A DNA stretch of 64,000 nucleotides from Chiloscyllium plagiosum (lineage: Eukaryota): positions 102,540,124 through 102,604,123 of the forward strand of contig NC_057713.1 of NCBI RefSeq assembly GCF_004010195.1. Direction: 5' to 3'. The position numbers and the translations under genes are program-made. Positions 39,177 to 51,780 of this stretch are shown piece by piece. Under the pieces are notes generated by a model. The model was not told where the DNA came from and ran no database searches. It saw nothing but the letters and a program-made list of their open reading frames with translations. The stretch's first letter is position 1. Each line of letters begins with the position of its first letter.

Positions 39177-40203
39177 TGCCCAGTGCCAGTCCACACCTCC
39201 AGTCTTCCGCGACTCCTGTCAGTCCCCAGTCTCAGGCACACACCTGTGAAGAGGCGTGTTGCAATGCCTGGGCATCTGGCCAATAGGAGTAAAGCCAATT
39301 CATCCAGCCAAATACCTAACAGCCACAAAACAATCAAATAACAGTAAACACTGTGGATGCTGGAGATCTGAAAGAAAAACAGAAAATTTTGTTTCTCTCT
39401 CCAAAGATGCTGCCAGACCTGCCAAGTTTCTTCCACGTTTTCTGTTTTTAATTTAAGTATAAAGCAGTACTGGAAGATGCAGTGCTGGAAGATGGTGTCT
39501 TCTGATATACTGCATGAGAGTAGGATAGAGTGAAAAATAAGTAATTTTTAAAAACATTCTCTCATGGTGCACTGCTAAGGCCAATATTTAATGGTCATTT
39601 CCAGTTGCCCTTGAAAAGGTACTGATGAGTTATCTTTATGAATCACTTAGACCATTTGGTGTAGATGCACCCACAATAGTTTTAGAAAAGGAATTCCAGG
39701 TGTTTTTGTTACTGAAGGAATAAGACAAATTAGTTCTAAGTCAGAATGATGTTTGGCTCAAAGGAAACTTGCAGTTGGGAGCATTCCTATGTCCCTTCTG
39801 AGTGTAGAGGTCGTGGTTTGGAAAATGCTGGTGAAGGAGTCTTGATAAGTTGCTGCTGTGAATCTTATAGATGATACACAATATTGTGGCTGTTCATCAG
39901 TGATGAAGGGAATGAATGCTGAAGCTAACGGAAGGAGTGGCTTTTAACTGGGCTGCTTTGTTCAGGATGGTGTCAAGTTTTCTTGAGTGTTGTTGGAGCC
40001 TCCTTCATCCAAGCAAGTGGATGGTATTCAGTTACTTTTGGTCCTATAATAAGAACTGATCTAACAGTAGCCCTGAGTTAGGATTCCTGATGAAGGGCTT
40101 ATGCCTGAAATGTCAATTCTCCCGCCCCTCGGATGCTACCTGATCCGCTGTGCTTTTCCAGCACTACACTCTCGACTCTGATCTGTAACAACTGCACTTT
40201 TTC

Positions 40204-40299
40204 CTAATAGAAAGTTAGTTATGTTGAGAGTTGTATGGTTATAGCATTCTAACATTAGGTATAACCATACAACTCTCAGCATAGCTAACTTTCTATTAG
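40204..40299. repeat. 40-bp inverted repeat (hairpin) with a 16-nt loop
   Basis: Arms 40204-40243 and 40260-40299, two differences. Confidence 0.9.
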
Positions 40300-40922
40300 A
40301 ATGATATAATGAATTTAATAGGAACTAGTAGGAATTAGCACTATTTTGTATCTCATGATTAGTAGAGTAGGAAATATAAGATGAATAGTATGAAAGGTCA
40401 GGTAAACACTGCCCCTCTATCTTGTAGCTGCACAATAACTCATGTTAGTCACATGCTTTTAAGATGAAATCTACTGACCCGACTCTAAATATTTCACACT
40501 TACTTTTCACCTAATAAGATAATATCTACTCCATTAATAAGACTGAAATGCAACCACTTGTCTGAACTCCTAGGTTTTTACAAGGCATTATCTTATCATT
40601 CTTTTAATTTATCATTTGTCTCTGTTATTGTGGGATCATACTTTGCTTTTTAATTCTTGCAACAAACTTCAGGCTGTCTGTTCCCATACAATTCTTATAT
40701 TAGACTGCTTTTAACAGACATCTGCAGCTGTGATTTATACAGAACTCCCTGTATATTCATTTGTAGGAATCTTTATTCAAAATAGACCCGGTTACTTTCA
40801 ATTTATCTCCTTCTCAAAGCTACCATTGTGCTCAGTTTAATGCTGGACCAGGCAAGCTAATATCCTGTTATTGCAGCTAAAAGTCTCCATCATGTTTATG
40901 CCAAAAGGCAGCCATTTTGTGC

Positions 40923-42120
40923 CACATGAAATAGCTTTGGCAAATAGAATGAAGGAGAATCCAAAGGGTTTTTACAAATACATTAAGGACAAAAGGGTAA
41001 CTAGGGAGAGAATAGGGCCCTTTAAAGATCAGCAAGGCAGCCTTTGTGTTGAGCCACAGAAAATGGGGGACATAATAAATGAGTATTTTGCATCAGTATT
41101 TACTGTGGAAAAGGATATGGAAGATATAGACTGTAGGGAAATAGATGGTGACTTCTTGCAAAATGTCCAGATTACAGAGGAGGAAGTGCTGGATGTCTTG
41201 AACCGGTTAAAGGTGGATAAATCCCCAGGACCTGATCCTGGACCAACCAACCCAACCACCCCGTAGCCCAACACTTTAACTCCCCCTCCCACTCCACCAA
41301 GGACATGCAGGTCCTTGGACTCCTCCATCGCCAGACCATGGCAACACGATGGTTGGAGGAAGAGCGCCTCATCCTCCGCCTGGGAACCCTCCAACCACAA
41401 GGGATGAACTCAGATTTCTCCAGTTTCCTCATTTACCCTCCCCCCACCATGTCTCAGTCAAATCCCTTGAACTCAGCANNNNNNNNNNNNNNNNNNNNNN
41501 NNNNNNNNNNNNNNNNNNNNNNNNNNNNNNNNNNNNNNNNNNTGTACAGGACATTGGTTAGGCCACTGTTGGAATATTGCGTGCAATTCTGGTCTCCTTC
41601 CTATCGGAAAGATGTTGTGAAACTTGAAAGGGTTCAGAAAAGATTTACAAGGATGTTGCCAGGGTTGGAGGATCTGAGCTACAGGGAGAGGCTGAACAAG
41701 CTGGGGCTATTTTCCCTGGGGCGTCGGAGGCTGAGGGGTGACCTTATAAAGGTTTACAAAATTATGAGGGACATGGATAGGATAAATAGACAAAATCTTT
41801 TCCCTGGGTTCGGGGAGTCCAGAACAAGAGGGCATAGGTTTAGGGTGAGAGGGGAAAGATATAAAAGAGACCTAAGGGGCAACGTTTTCTTGCAGAGGGT
41901 GGTACATGTTATGGAATGAGCTGCCAGAGGATGTGGTGGAGGCTGGTACAATTGCAACATTTAAGAGGCATTTGGATAGGTATATGAATAGGAAGGGTTT
42001 GGAGCGATATGGGCCGGATGCTGGCAGGTGGGACTAGATTGGTTTGGGATATCTGGTCGGCATGGACGGGTTGCACTGAAGGGTCTGTTTCCATGCTGTA
42101 CATCTCTATGACTCTATGAC
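40923..42120 (+). mobile_element. CR1 LINE fragments with a Penelope insert (about 41238-41478) and an assembly gap
   Basis: ENPKGFYKYIKDKR...DKSPGPD, then Penelope HFNSPSH/LEEERLILRLGTLQPQGMN, then Ns, then the CR1 3' end. Confidence 0.9.
41479..41542. other. Assembly gap (64 N)
   Basis: Run of n. Confidence 1.
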
Positions 42121-43939
42121 CCAGAAATATCCTTCTCTTTATACATTAGTGAGTCAATACCTATGTCTTCTCAATTAAATAAAGGAATTAATAAAAATTT
42201 GACTACTCTCAGTTGTTGTTTGATAAGAACAGGACAGAGCACATTCCCCATTGCCGGAAAGATTCATCAAATTCCACCAGGATTCCTTCCAGGAATACAT
42301 ATTGTAAATAAGTTTAATAGGATGAAATATTTTTCTGAAGGTTGCATTTAACAAATGATCAATTGGTAAATTTGGGCTTTTTTGTGTGCAACCTGAAGGA
42401 TTTAATTATCTAATTTAATCCCAGAAATGTGAATTGAATCCTTTCCCCCACCACTGCTCTGATTTTGAGATGGTGCTGATCCAGTTATCAGTTGATATTT
42501 TTAATAGTTTCTGACAGCCTCACAGTTTATACAATCTGGGAGTTAATGAATGATAAGATTGTGTGAAGTCTATTTCCCTTTTCAAGTGTCTTTTGTGATA
42601 TGATGGCCATATCCCTGCCTGGGATCAAGTCCCACCTGCTCCAGAGATGTGCCATAATACATTTGAATAGTATGATTGAAAATAAGCTTAAGATCAATGG
42701 GTCTGAAATTCAGCTTGGAACTAGCTACAGGAAACTTGGTATAGATTCAGTAGTGGGAAAGTTGGAACTATTACAGCTACTTCACCGATAGGATTGTTTT
42801 AAACTCACATTTATTGAGTGTTTAATAGCAATGTGAAACCCTGTTTCATTATCATTGCAATGATTTCCTTCCTGTGCCAATGTGAATGTCTAAAAATGGT
42901 TATTTCTATTGTATTACTGTTCACAGAACTATATGGTAATTGTCACCAGAGACGGGTCTATCAATAAATCCATGACAAAATAGTCTTATTCATTCAAATT
43001 GATAGATACTATAATGTTTACTTATAAAGGTGAATGACTTTTAATGGAATACCTGACACCAAGAATCATGGTGTCTACTCTGCACATAAAGGTAGCAGAA
43101 TGGTTCCTGTGGTGCAGTGATAGTGTCCCTCCCTCTGAGCCAGGTAGTCCAGATTCAGATCCTACATGCTGTTAAGGTATTTTACAGCATATCTGAACAA
43201 GTAGATTAAAAGTACCTCTGGATTTATGCATTCTGTGTTTTAAGCTTACAACTTGTATAATGGTGGTTTACACACATGAATTTTAGTTAAAAGGTATTGA
43301 GACAATCAATCTGAATCAGTCGAGGTGGTTTATATTGGGATGTTTTATTATGTGTTTTGTACTTCAACACTAACAGAGATGGTGAAAAGTTGCATTGCCT
43401 TCCAGTACGACAGCAGTGTCTTGTTCAAACTGTTTACACACAAATCACAAAGGCAATGTTGAGATTGCCGTTGATGATATCAAGCCACATTTTATTTTTT
43501 AAATAAAGAAACAAATACAGGAGGCTACCGTATAGGATCATTTAGTAAATGTTAAGGACTTTAGGAGTCCCAGGACTTTGGGTCTTAGGGGACATGATAG
43601 TGAAGCTAGTTATTTTATTTACTTCAGTTTTTGTTGCCCATCCCCAATACTCTTGATAAGGAGACAGTGAGCTGCTTCTTTGAATTGTGACAATAATTAT
43701 ATAGTTCAAGGATGGTAAGTGGCTTTGAGGAGAACTTGCAGGTGGGGTGCTTTTTTGCATCAGCTGCCATTGTCTTTCAGAATGGTAGTGGTAGTTTGTG
43801 AGAACCTGCCATTCCCTACCATGGCCAAAAACCAAATGAAGTCTTGAATCTAGAATAAAGCTGATGCCTTATGATAACTGAGCTAATCTAACTTGGAGGG
43901 TGAGGGCACATGTTATCATTAAAATCAGTGCATTGATAA

Positions 43940-45300
43940 CATCATTAATGTTGTTTCCTTGTCTCACCTGGAATTGGAAAAACTTATCAATTTGTTTCCA
44001 ATTTTCAACTCTCACCTTAACCTAGTCCATTTCTGACTCTCTCCTTTCCAGTCTCAACATCTTTGTTTCCTGTTCCTAGGGATAGGCTGGCTACTAACAT
44101 CCACTACAAACCCAGCAACTCTCACAGTTACCTTGACTATATATCCTCACACCTTGCTTTCTGTAAGGACTCTACCCCATTTCTCCCAGTTCCTCCCTCT
44201 CTGTCACATCTGTTTTGATGATGCCACCTTCCACAGAGGTCCTCAGAAATATCCACCTTTTTTCCTCAAATGATAATTCCCCATCATTGTGGTTGACAGG
44301 CCCCTCAGTCATGTTCAAACTATCTTCCCCTCTTCTGCATTCAGCCCTTCTTTTCCTCTCCCTCAACACCAATAGGGTCCCCTGGTCCTCACTTTCCAGC
44401 TCACCAGCCTCCATATCCGAGGGATCATTAGCTGTGTGAATTCCAATACCTCCAATGGGATGCCATCACCAGATGCATATCCCCTCCCAATAAGGGACTG
44501 TTCCATCCAGGACACCTGATCCACTTCTCCTCCACTCTCAACACATCCCAACATTCACAGGTCACCTGGCTGTGTAACCACAGAAGGTATAAAACCTGCC
44601 TGTTTACTTCCTTCCTACTCGCTATCCAAGATGCACCTTCCAGGTGAAGCGGCAATTTACCGACACTCGACTCAATCTAGTCTACTGCATTCACTGTTCA
44701 CAATGTGGTATTCCCTACAATGGGGAGATGAAATGCAGACTGGGCAACTGCTTTGCAGAATACTTATGTTCTCTCCGTAAGAATGAATCTGAGCTTCTGG
44801 TTGATTGTCACTTCAACACACCACTGCGTTCCGTGGCAAATATTTCCATCCCAGACCTGTTGTGCTTTAGTGAAGGTCAGAGCAAGCTGGAAGAACAGCA
44901 TTTCATTTTCTACTTGGGGTCACTGCAGTCTCAGGACTCAGTATTGAGTTGAATCATTTTAGGGCTCAAGTACCTTCTTCCAAGTCCTTACCCCAACTTC
45001 CACACACCAATCTGTGTCATCACATCCCTTCACCACAGTCAACCCATTTTCACCCACTAATGGTCTCCATTAGCAACTTTTCTTTCTCCCTGGCTCGCCA
45101 TTATCCATTTCTTTCTCTGTTATTCACTCTCTCTGGGTTCCACCACCACTTACCTTTGTCTTCATCATATATGCCAACCTTTTCCTAGTCATTATCACTT
45201 CTGAAGAAGGGTCCATGGACTCAAAATGTTAACTCTGTTTCTCTCTCCACAGATGCTGCCGGATCTTGAGTTTCTACAACAATTTCTGTTTTTTGTTTCA
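43940..45300 (+). mobile_element. Old Penelope-like element, 3' fragment
   Basis: NLVYCIHCSQCGIPYNGEMKCRLGNCFAEYL...HFN; terminal repeat with CTGAAGAAGGGTC at 45201. Confidence 0.82.
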
Positions 45301-45829
45301 GAACTCGTGATTGTCCATGATCCTGGTCTTTATCTCAACAGCCTCCAGTGATTAATACACCTTGCTCCAAATAACTAATATATATGTGTAACTTACCAGC
45401 TCCTGTCTGTGGTAAAATGGTCAAAAAGGCCCAACAAAAGCAATGATCACTTGCCCTTGGCCCATGCAATCAAATTTCAGAACTATTGTATCCACAACAT
45501 TTCTTAGAAGCAAAATGTTGAAAAACTGAAGGAAAATAAAATCATGTGGAAATACTCAGACCGCTCAGCATAAACTCTTTCTCTTACCAATATATCCTGC
45601 TTTCCCTTATTATTTCCAACTTTTTCTATTTAGAGAGAGAAAAACAGAACGTGCTTTATGCAGGAATCACAAATTTGCCATTGATGATGGGAGTATGCAA
45701 ACATTAATTGTGTGGGTTTTTTTGTATAAATGGGTACACATCAAAATAACGGCAAAACAACGGCAACAATGAAGGTCAAAACAACGGCACTTTTAAAAGG
45801 AGGAAGACAGACAAAGGCAGCAACCACAT

Positions 45830-48363
45830 GGTCAGTGAGGGGGAGAGAGAAAGAATGGACAGGACTGGCAGCTTAATGTTCCAGGATACAAATGCTATAG
45901 GAAGGATAGCAAGGAGGGAAAAGAGGAGTGGGAGAGGTATTTCTGATAAGCAATAGCATTATTGCTGTGCTTAGGGAGGAGATTCTTGGGAATGCATCCA
46001 GGGAACTGAGAAATAACAAAGGGATGATTATCTTATTGAGTTTGTATTATAGACACCCCCCCCCCCCCCCCCCTCCCCAATAGGCAGCGGGAAATTGAGA
46101 AGCAATTTTGTAAGGAGATTTCAGTTATCTGTAAGAATGATAGGGTAGTTGAGCTCGGGGGTTTTAATGTCCAAACATAGACCGGATCTAAAAGTTGAAA
46201 TTCTAAATTGGAGGAAGGCCAATTTTGATGGTATTGGGCAAGAACTTTCAAAAGCTGATTGGGGGCAGATATTCTCAATAAAGCGATGGCTGGAAAGTGG
46301 GAAGCCTTCAAAAATAAGATAGCAAGAGTACAGAGAATGTATATTCCTGTTAGGGTGAAAGGAAAGGCTGGTAGGAGTAGGGAATATTGGATGACTAGAG
46401 AAATTGAGGTTTTGGTTAAGAAATAGAAGGAAGCAAATGTCAGGTATAGACAACAGAGATTGAGTGAATCCTTAGAAGAGTATAAAGGCAATAGGAGTGT
46501 ACTTAAGGGGGAAATCAGGCAGGTAAAAAGGGGACATGAGATAGATTTGGCAAATAGGGTTCAGGAGAATCCAAAGGGATTTTATAAATATATTAAGGAC
46601 AAAAGGGTAACTAGGGAGAGAATAGGGCCTCTCAAATATCAGCAAGAAAGCCTGTGTGTGGAACCACAGGAGATGGGGGAGATACTAAACGAGCATTTTG
46701 CATTTATATTTACTGTGGAAAAGGACATGGAAGATATTGGATGTGGGTAAACAGATGGTGACATCTTGCAAAATATCCATATAACAGAGGAGGATGTGCT
46801 GGATGTCTAGAAATACATAACAGTGGATAAATCCCCAGGACCTGATCAGGTGTACCCGACAACTCTGTGGGAAGCTAGGGAAGTGATCGCTGAGATATTT
46901 GTATCATCGATAGTAACAGGTGAGGTGCTGGAAGACTGGAGGTTGGCTAACTTGGTGCCAATGTTTAAGAACGGTGGTAAGGATAAACCAGGGAACTATA
47001 GACCAGTGAGCCTGATGTCGGTGGTGGGCAAGTTGTTGGAGGGAATCCTGAGGGACAGGATGTACATGTATTTGGAAAGGCAAGGACTGATTAGGGATAG
47101 TCAAAATGGCTTTGTGCATGGGAAATCATGTCTCACAAACTTGATTGAGTTTTTTGAATTAGGAACAAAGAGGATTGATGAGGGCAGAATGGTGGACGTG
47201 ATCTATTTGGACTTCAGTAAGGCATTTGACAAGGTTCCTCATGTGAGCCTAGTTCACAAGTTTACATCTTATGGAATACAGGGAGAACTAGCCATCTGGA
47301 TACAGAACTGGCTTGAAAGTAGAAGACAGAGGGTGGTGGTGGTGGTGGACAGTTGTCTTTCAGACTGGAGGCCTGTCCAGTGATGTGCCACAAGGATCGG
47401 TGCTGGTTCTACTGATTTTCATCATTTATATAAATGATTTGGATTTGAATATAGGAGATGTAGTTAGTAAATTTGCAGATGACACCAAAATTGGAAGTGT
47501 AGTGGACAGCAAAGAAGGTTACCTCAGAGTACAATGGAATCTTGATCAGATGGGCCAATGGGCTGAGGAGTGGCAGATGTAGTTTAATCTAGATAAATGA
47601 GAGGTACTGCATTTTGGAAAGGCAAATCAAAGCAGAACTTATACACTTAATAGTAAGGTCCTGGGAGTGTTGCTGAACAAAGAGACCCTGGAGTGCAGGT
47701 TCATAGTTTCTTGAAAGTGGTGTCACAGGTAGACAGGATAGTGAAGAAGACATTTGGTATGCTTTCCTTTATTGGTCAGAGCATTGAGTATTGGAACTGG
47801 GAGGTCATGTTGCAGCTATACAGAACATTGGTTAGGCCATTTGTCGAATATTGCATGCAATTCTGGTCTCCCTCCCATCAGAAGGATATTATGAAACTTG
47901 AAAGGGTTTAGAAAAGGATGTTGCCAGGGTTGGAGGATTTGGGGTGTGGAGACAGGTTGGGATTGTTTTCCCTGGAGTATTGGAGGCTGAGGGGTGACCT
48001 TATTGAGGTTTATAAAATCATAAGGGGCACAGATAGATATTTTCCCTGAGGTGGGGGAGTTCTGAACTAGAGGGCATAGATTTAGGGTGAGAGGGGAAAA
48101 ATTTAAATGGGACCTAAGGAGCAACCTTTTCATGCAGAGGGTGGTGTGTGTATGGAATGAGCTGCCAGAGGGAGTGGTGGAGGATGGTATAATTACAAAG
48201 TTTAAAAGGCATCTGGATGGGTATATGAATAGGAAGGGTTTGGAGGGATATGGGCCAGGTGCTGGCAGGTTGGACTAGATTGTGTTGGAATATCTGGTCG
48301 GCATGGACGAGTTGGACCAAAGGGTCTGTTTCCTTGCTGTACATCTCTATGACTCTCTGACTC
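45830..48363 (+). mobile_element. CR1 LINE, 5'-truncated, degenerate ORF2
   Basis: NYRPVSLMSVVGKLLE, DFSKAFDKVPH, FADDTK, tail. Confidence 0.95.
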
Positions 48364-48689
48364 TTTAGTGCACCCTCAATTAATGAATACTCTAACATGA
48401 CAAACTTCATGGTACAACATGTTTAGGACTTGATTAATTGGAACTGGCTCAGAGCTGAGAAAGTGGATCAGATTTTGTGATGAGACTTTAAATCAAGCTT
48501 TCCTCTTCCCTCAGAAGGTTTAGCAGCACCACTAGAAGATGATTCCTCAATCAATACCTGGTTGTTTTTGGATCCTGGTGTACACAAATACTGCAGTGAT
48601 TTCTGTTGGAGGTATTCTGGGGCTGCTGCATAATGCAGTGCATCTGTACATTTCATTCAGAATGGGCAAATGCTATAGTTTATTGCAGG

Positions 48690-49645
48690 GGAATTCTGGC
48701 GAAGTTCGATGATGATAGAAAGTTAGGTGGAAAGACAGGTAGTTCTGAGGAGGTGGGGAGGCTACAGAAAGATTTAGACAGCTTAGGAGAATGGTCCAAG
48801 AAATGGCTGATGAAATTCAATGTGAGTAAATGCGAGGTTTTGCGCTTCAGAAAAAAAGAACACAGACATGGACTATTTTAAAAATGGTGAGAAAATTCAT
48901 AAAGCCAAAGTACAAAGGGATCTGGGAGTGCTAGTACAGGATTCTCTAAAGGTTGTCTTGCAGTTTGAGTTTGTGGTTAAGAAAGCAAATGTAATGTTGT
49001 CATTTATTTCAAGAGGGTTGACATGTAAAAGCAGCGAGGAGCTACTAAGACTTTATAAAGCTCTGGTTAGGCCCCATTTAGAATACTGTGTCCAGTTTTG
49101 GGCCCCACACCTCAGGAAGGACATACTGAAGAACGTCTAGTGGAGATTCACACAGATGATCCCTGGAATGGTAGGCCTAACATAAGATGAATGGCTGAAG
49201 ATCTTGGGATTGTATTTGTTAAGAGTATAGGAGGTTGAGGGGAGGTCTAATAGAAACTTACAAGATAATGCATGGCTTTCCCAGGGTGGACGCTGGGAAA
49301 TTGTTTCTGTCAGGTGGGGATACTAGGACCGTTGGGCACGGCCTTTGAATTAGAGGAGGTCAATTTAGAATGGAAATGAGGTGACATTTCTTCAGCCAGA
49401 GAGTGGTGGGCCTGTGAAATTCATTGCATTGGAGTGCAGTGGAGGCCGGGATGTTAAATGTCCTCAAGGCAGAGATTGATAAATTCTTAATCTCCCAAGA
49501 AATAAAGGATATGGGGGTGGGGGGGGGGGGGTGGGGGGAGTGCGGGTCAGTGGCATTGAAATGCCCATCAGTCATGGCTGAATGGCGGCGTTGGCTCGAT
49601 GGGCCGAATGGCCTTACTTCCACTCCTATTTCTTATGGTCTTATG
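48690..49645 (+). mobile_element. CR1 LINE 3' part (different, older subfamily)
   Basis: AKFDDDRKLGG...LQKDLDSLGEW...LYKALVRPHLEYCVQFWAPH; tail tcttatggtcttatg. Confidence 0.88.
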
Positions 49646-49814
49646 GGCAGGGAGGAATCATTTCGGTGAATGCGGATTCTCAGCAGCTTCTGCTTAAGTA
49701 AGGAATTCGATATTGCGTGAGCTCACTGGTTGTGATGGAGATGACAAGTGTCATTAGAACAAAGAGCTGCGGGTGCTGAAGATCTGAAACAAAGAAAAGA
49801 GATACAGACATTGC

Positions 49815-49954
49815 TGGTGAAACTGAGCAGACCTGGCAGCACCTGTAGGAAAAAAGCAGACTTAACCTTTCGAGTCCGTCGTCGTCAGCAGTTTGTGTTT
49901 TTGTCATCCGTGTCATTTCCTGTCGCAATATATTTCACCCACTTCTCAGACCAG
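49815..49954 (+). repeat. Left arm of inverted duplication (contains the V-A promoter)
   Basis: Reverse complement of 50769-50906 with a few substitutions and a 2-nt indel. Confidence 0.93.
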
Positions 49955-49969
49955 CCAACAGCCAGAGAC

Positions 49970-50015
49970 ATGCAGATCCAGTTAACGCTCATCGTGTCTG
50001 TAATGTATTTCTCCT
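49970..50015 (+). CDS. TRGV: TRGV segment A, leader exon
   Basis: MQIQLTLIVSVMYFS+T|GTAGGT, phase 1, 81-nt intron to the V exon. Confidence 0.85.
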
Positions 50016-50096
50016 GTAGGTACTTCAGGTTTCATTCGTTTTAAACAACACATTCTCCTGCAATATTGATAATTGTCATCTTTCTTTTTCAAACAG

Positions 50097-50407
50097 GTGG
50101 TGGCTTAGCTCAATCCTTGACTCAGGCCAAGCTCTCGGTCAGCAGGGCTCGCACAAAAGTCGCCCGTTTTCGGTGCATCTTGGAGAATGTGGATCTGGTG
50201 AGTGGAACCGTGCACTGGTACCGCCACACTCCGAGCCAGGGTTTCCACCGCATTCTCTACGTGACAGGAGCCCGACCAATTTACGACGGCGATTTCGCCG
50301 ACAGATTCACATCCGAAAACGTGCCGAAAGAGAAAAGCAGTCTGCTTGACCTAACAAACATTGCGGATAGCGACGCTGGAGTTTATTACTGTGCCGTCTG
50401 GAGTGAA
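50097..50407 (+). CDS. TRGV: TRGV segment A, V exon (intact)
   Basis: Acceptor tttctttttcaaacag, then (C)GGLAQSLTQ...RFRCILENVDLVSGTVHWY...RILY...DAGVYYCAVWSE. IgV C-W-C triad, TRGV-type HWY and YYCAxW motifs, followed by an RSS. Confidence 0.92.
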
Positions 50408-50446
50408 CACGGTGACATATGACCGTAGAACAGCTCTACAAATACT
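50408..50446 (+). other. Recombination signal sequence, 23-bp spacer (V-A)
   Basis: CACGGTG - 23 nt - ACAAATACT. Confidence 0.92.
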
Positions 50447-50768
50447 CCGCACGTCGAGAGCTCTCCTCCCAGACGAGGGAACAGGGTCCAGTGAACAGTG
50501 TTCAGTTGAGAATAAATTACTAAATCGTCTTAAACCTGCCTTCTAACAATATGGGTTTAAACGCACGTTTGAGTCCCCTAATTCTTTCACTAAAATATCC
50601 CAAACACGAGAGTGATAAACGGTCTATGGCGGAGCAAGGATTTAGAGTCGGAATGGCCGGAAACAAGTATTTTAATAGTTAATCCTGTAAACTCCTCAGT
50701 TTGTCCAGAAATACACTGCAGTCCGCACTCATCATGTTTTAGCAGATTTTCATATTGAAATCTTCATT

Positions 50769-50906
50769 CTGGTCTGAGAAGTGGGTGAAATATATTGCGA
50801 CAGGAAATGACACGGATGACAAAAACACAAACTGCTGACGACGGCGGACTCGAAAGGTGAACTGCTTTTTTCCTACAGGTGCTGCCAGGTCTGCTCAGTT
50901 TCGCCA
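50769..50906 (-). repeat. Right arm of inverted duplication (antisense copy of the V-A promoter)
   Basis: ctggtctgagaagtgggtgaaatatattgcgacaggaaatgacacgg... is the reverse complement of 49815-49954. Confidence 0.93.
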
Positions 50907-51252
50907 TTCCCTGTCGGCAACTCTCTCCAGGGTTTCCCCACCATCCTGCGACTTGGTTCCCGCACCTTTAGTGGCGTAAACCGCTTCTCCCAATAAAACA
51001 CGCAGCCGAAACTTTTGTCCCTGAAAGTTTTCGGGAACTCGTCTCGTTCTTGTTTCACGCGGTTTACTATCTGTCCCCTAATCTCGGTGTTACCGACATT
51101 TCATGTTAATATTTTATTGCAATTTGTTAATCCCCCAACACTGTATTCTCGACTATCGTGACAATGCAATGCAAACCAGTGGTTTGTTGGCTCTCCATTC
51201 ATGCTCCGTTTCCTGAGGCTGATCCCAAACTGAGTATCAGAACAAATCCTGA

Positions 51253-51271
51253 CGCCGCCAGGGGGAGCCAC
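51253..51271 (+). promoter_or_regulatory. CTCF-like binding motif (forward orientation)
   Basis: CGCCGCCAGGGGGAGCCAC, about 0.8 kb 3' of the V-A RSS. Confidence 0.5.
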
Positions 51272-51589
51272 TATCACGCCGCTTAAAGTCGAAATTACAT
51301 AACTAAATCTCGTGCAGAATCAGATTGCGTTTAACAAATAAAAAATAGTCCATTTAAAATGTTTAATTCAAAATTCTAGTTGAAAAGTGCAGAGATTTCT
51401 GCGTTCTAATCAACGGCCCAAAATCACAACTGCTGATTAGGAGCTCCACAAATAGGCAGCCCTCCTGAGGTATCTCTCGGACTGGAGGATCACTTAACAT
51501 TTCAGCAGCGGACCCGCACACCCTGTGTGGATCAGGCGATGTTTGAAAATGATGAGTGGAGTTTCTGCATGCTCCTTCTGCTACTTGCG

Positions 51590-51780
51590 TTTGGCGGAAT
51601 CGGCGGGAGATGCTATAAATACGGGTTGACTACGTCTTCTCCAGCATGGGAGGAGTGGGCGAAGGATTTCTACAAGTCGGCAGGATCTTGAATTTTTCAG
51701 GGAGGATGTGAGGGCATCCTTGAAGAGTTTTCTCTGCCTTCTAGTAGGTGCTTGCCAAGATGGAGCTTGGGCTAGCAACT
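51590..51780 (-). mobile_element. RTE-clade LINE C-terminal remnant
   Basis: RRQRKLFKDALTSSLK resembles the RTE motif GGQRKRFKDTLKASLK. Confidence 0.55.
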
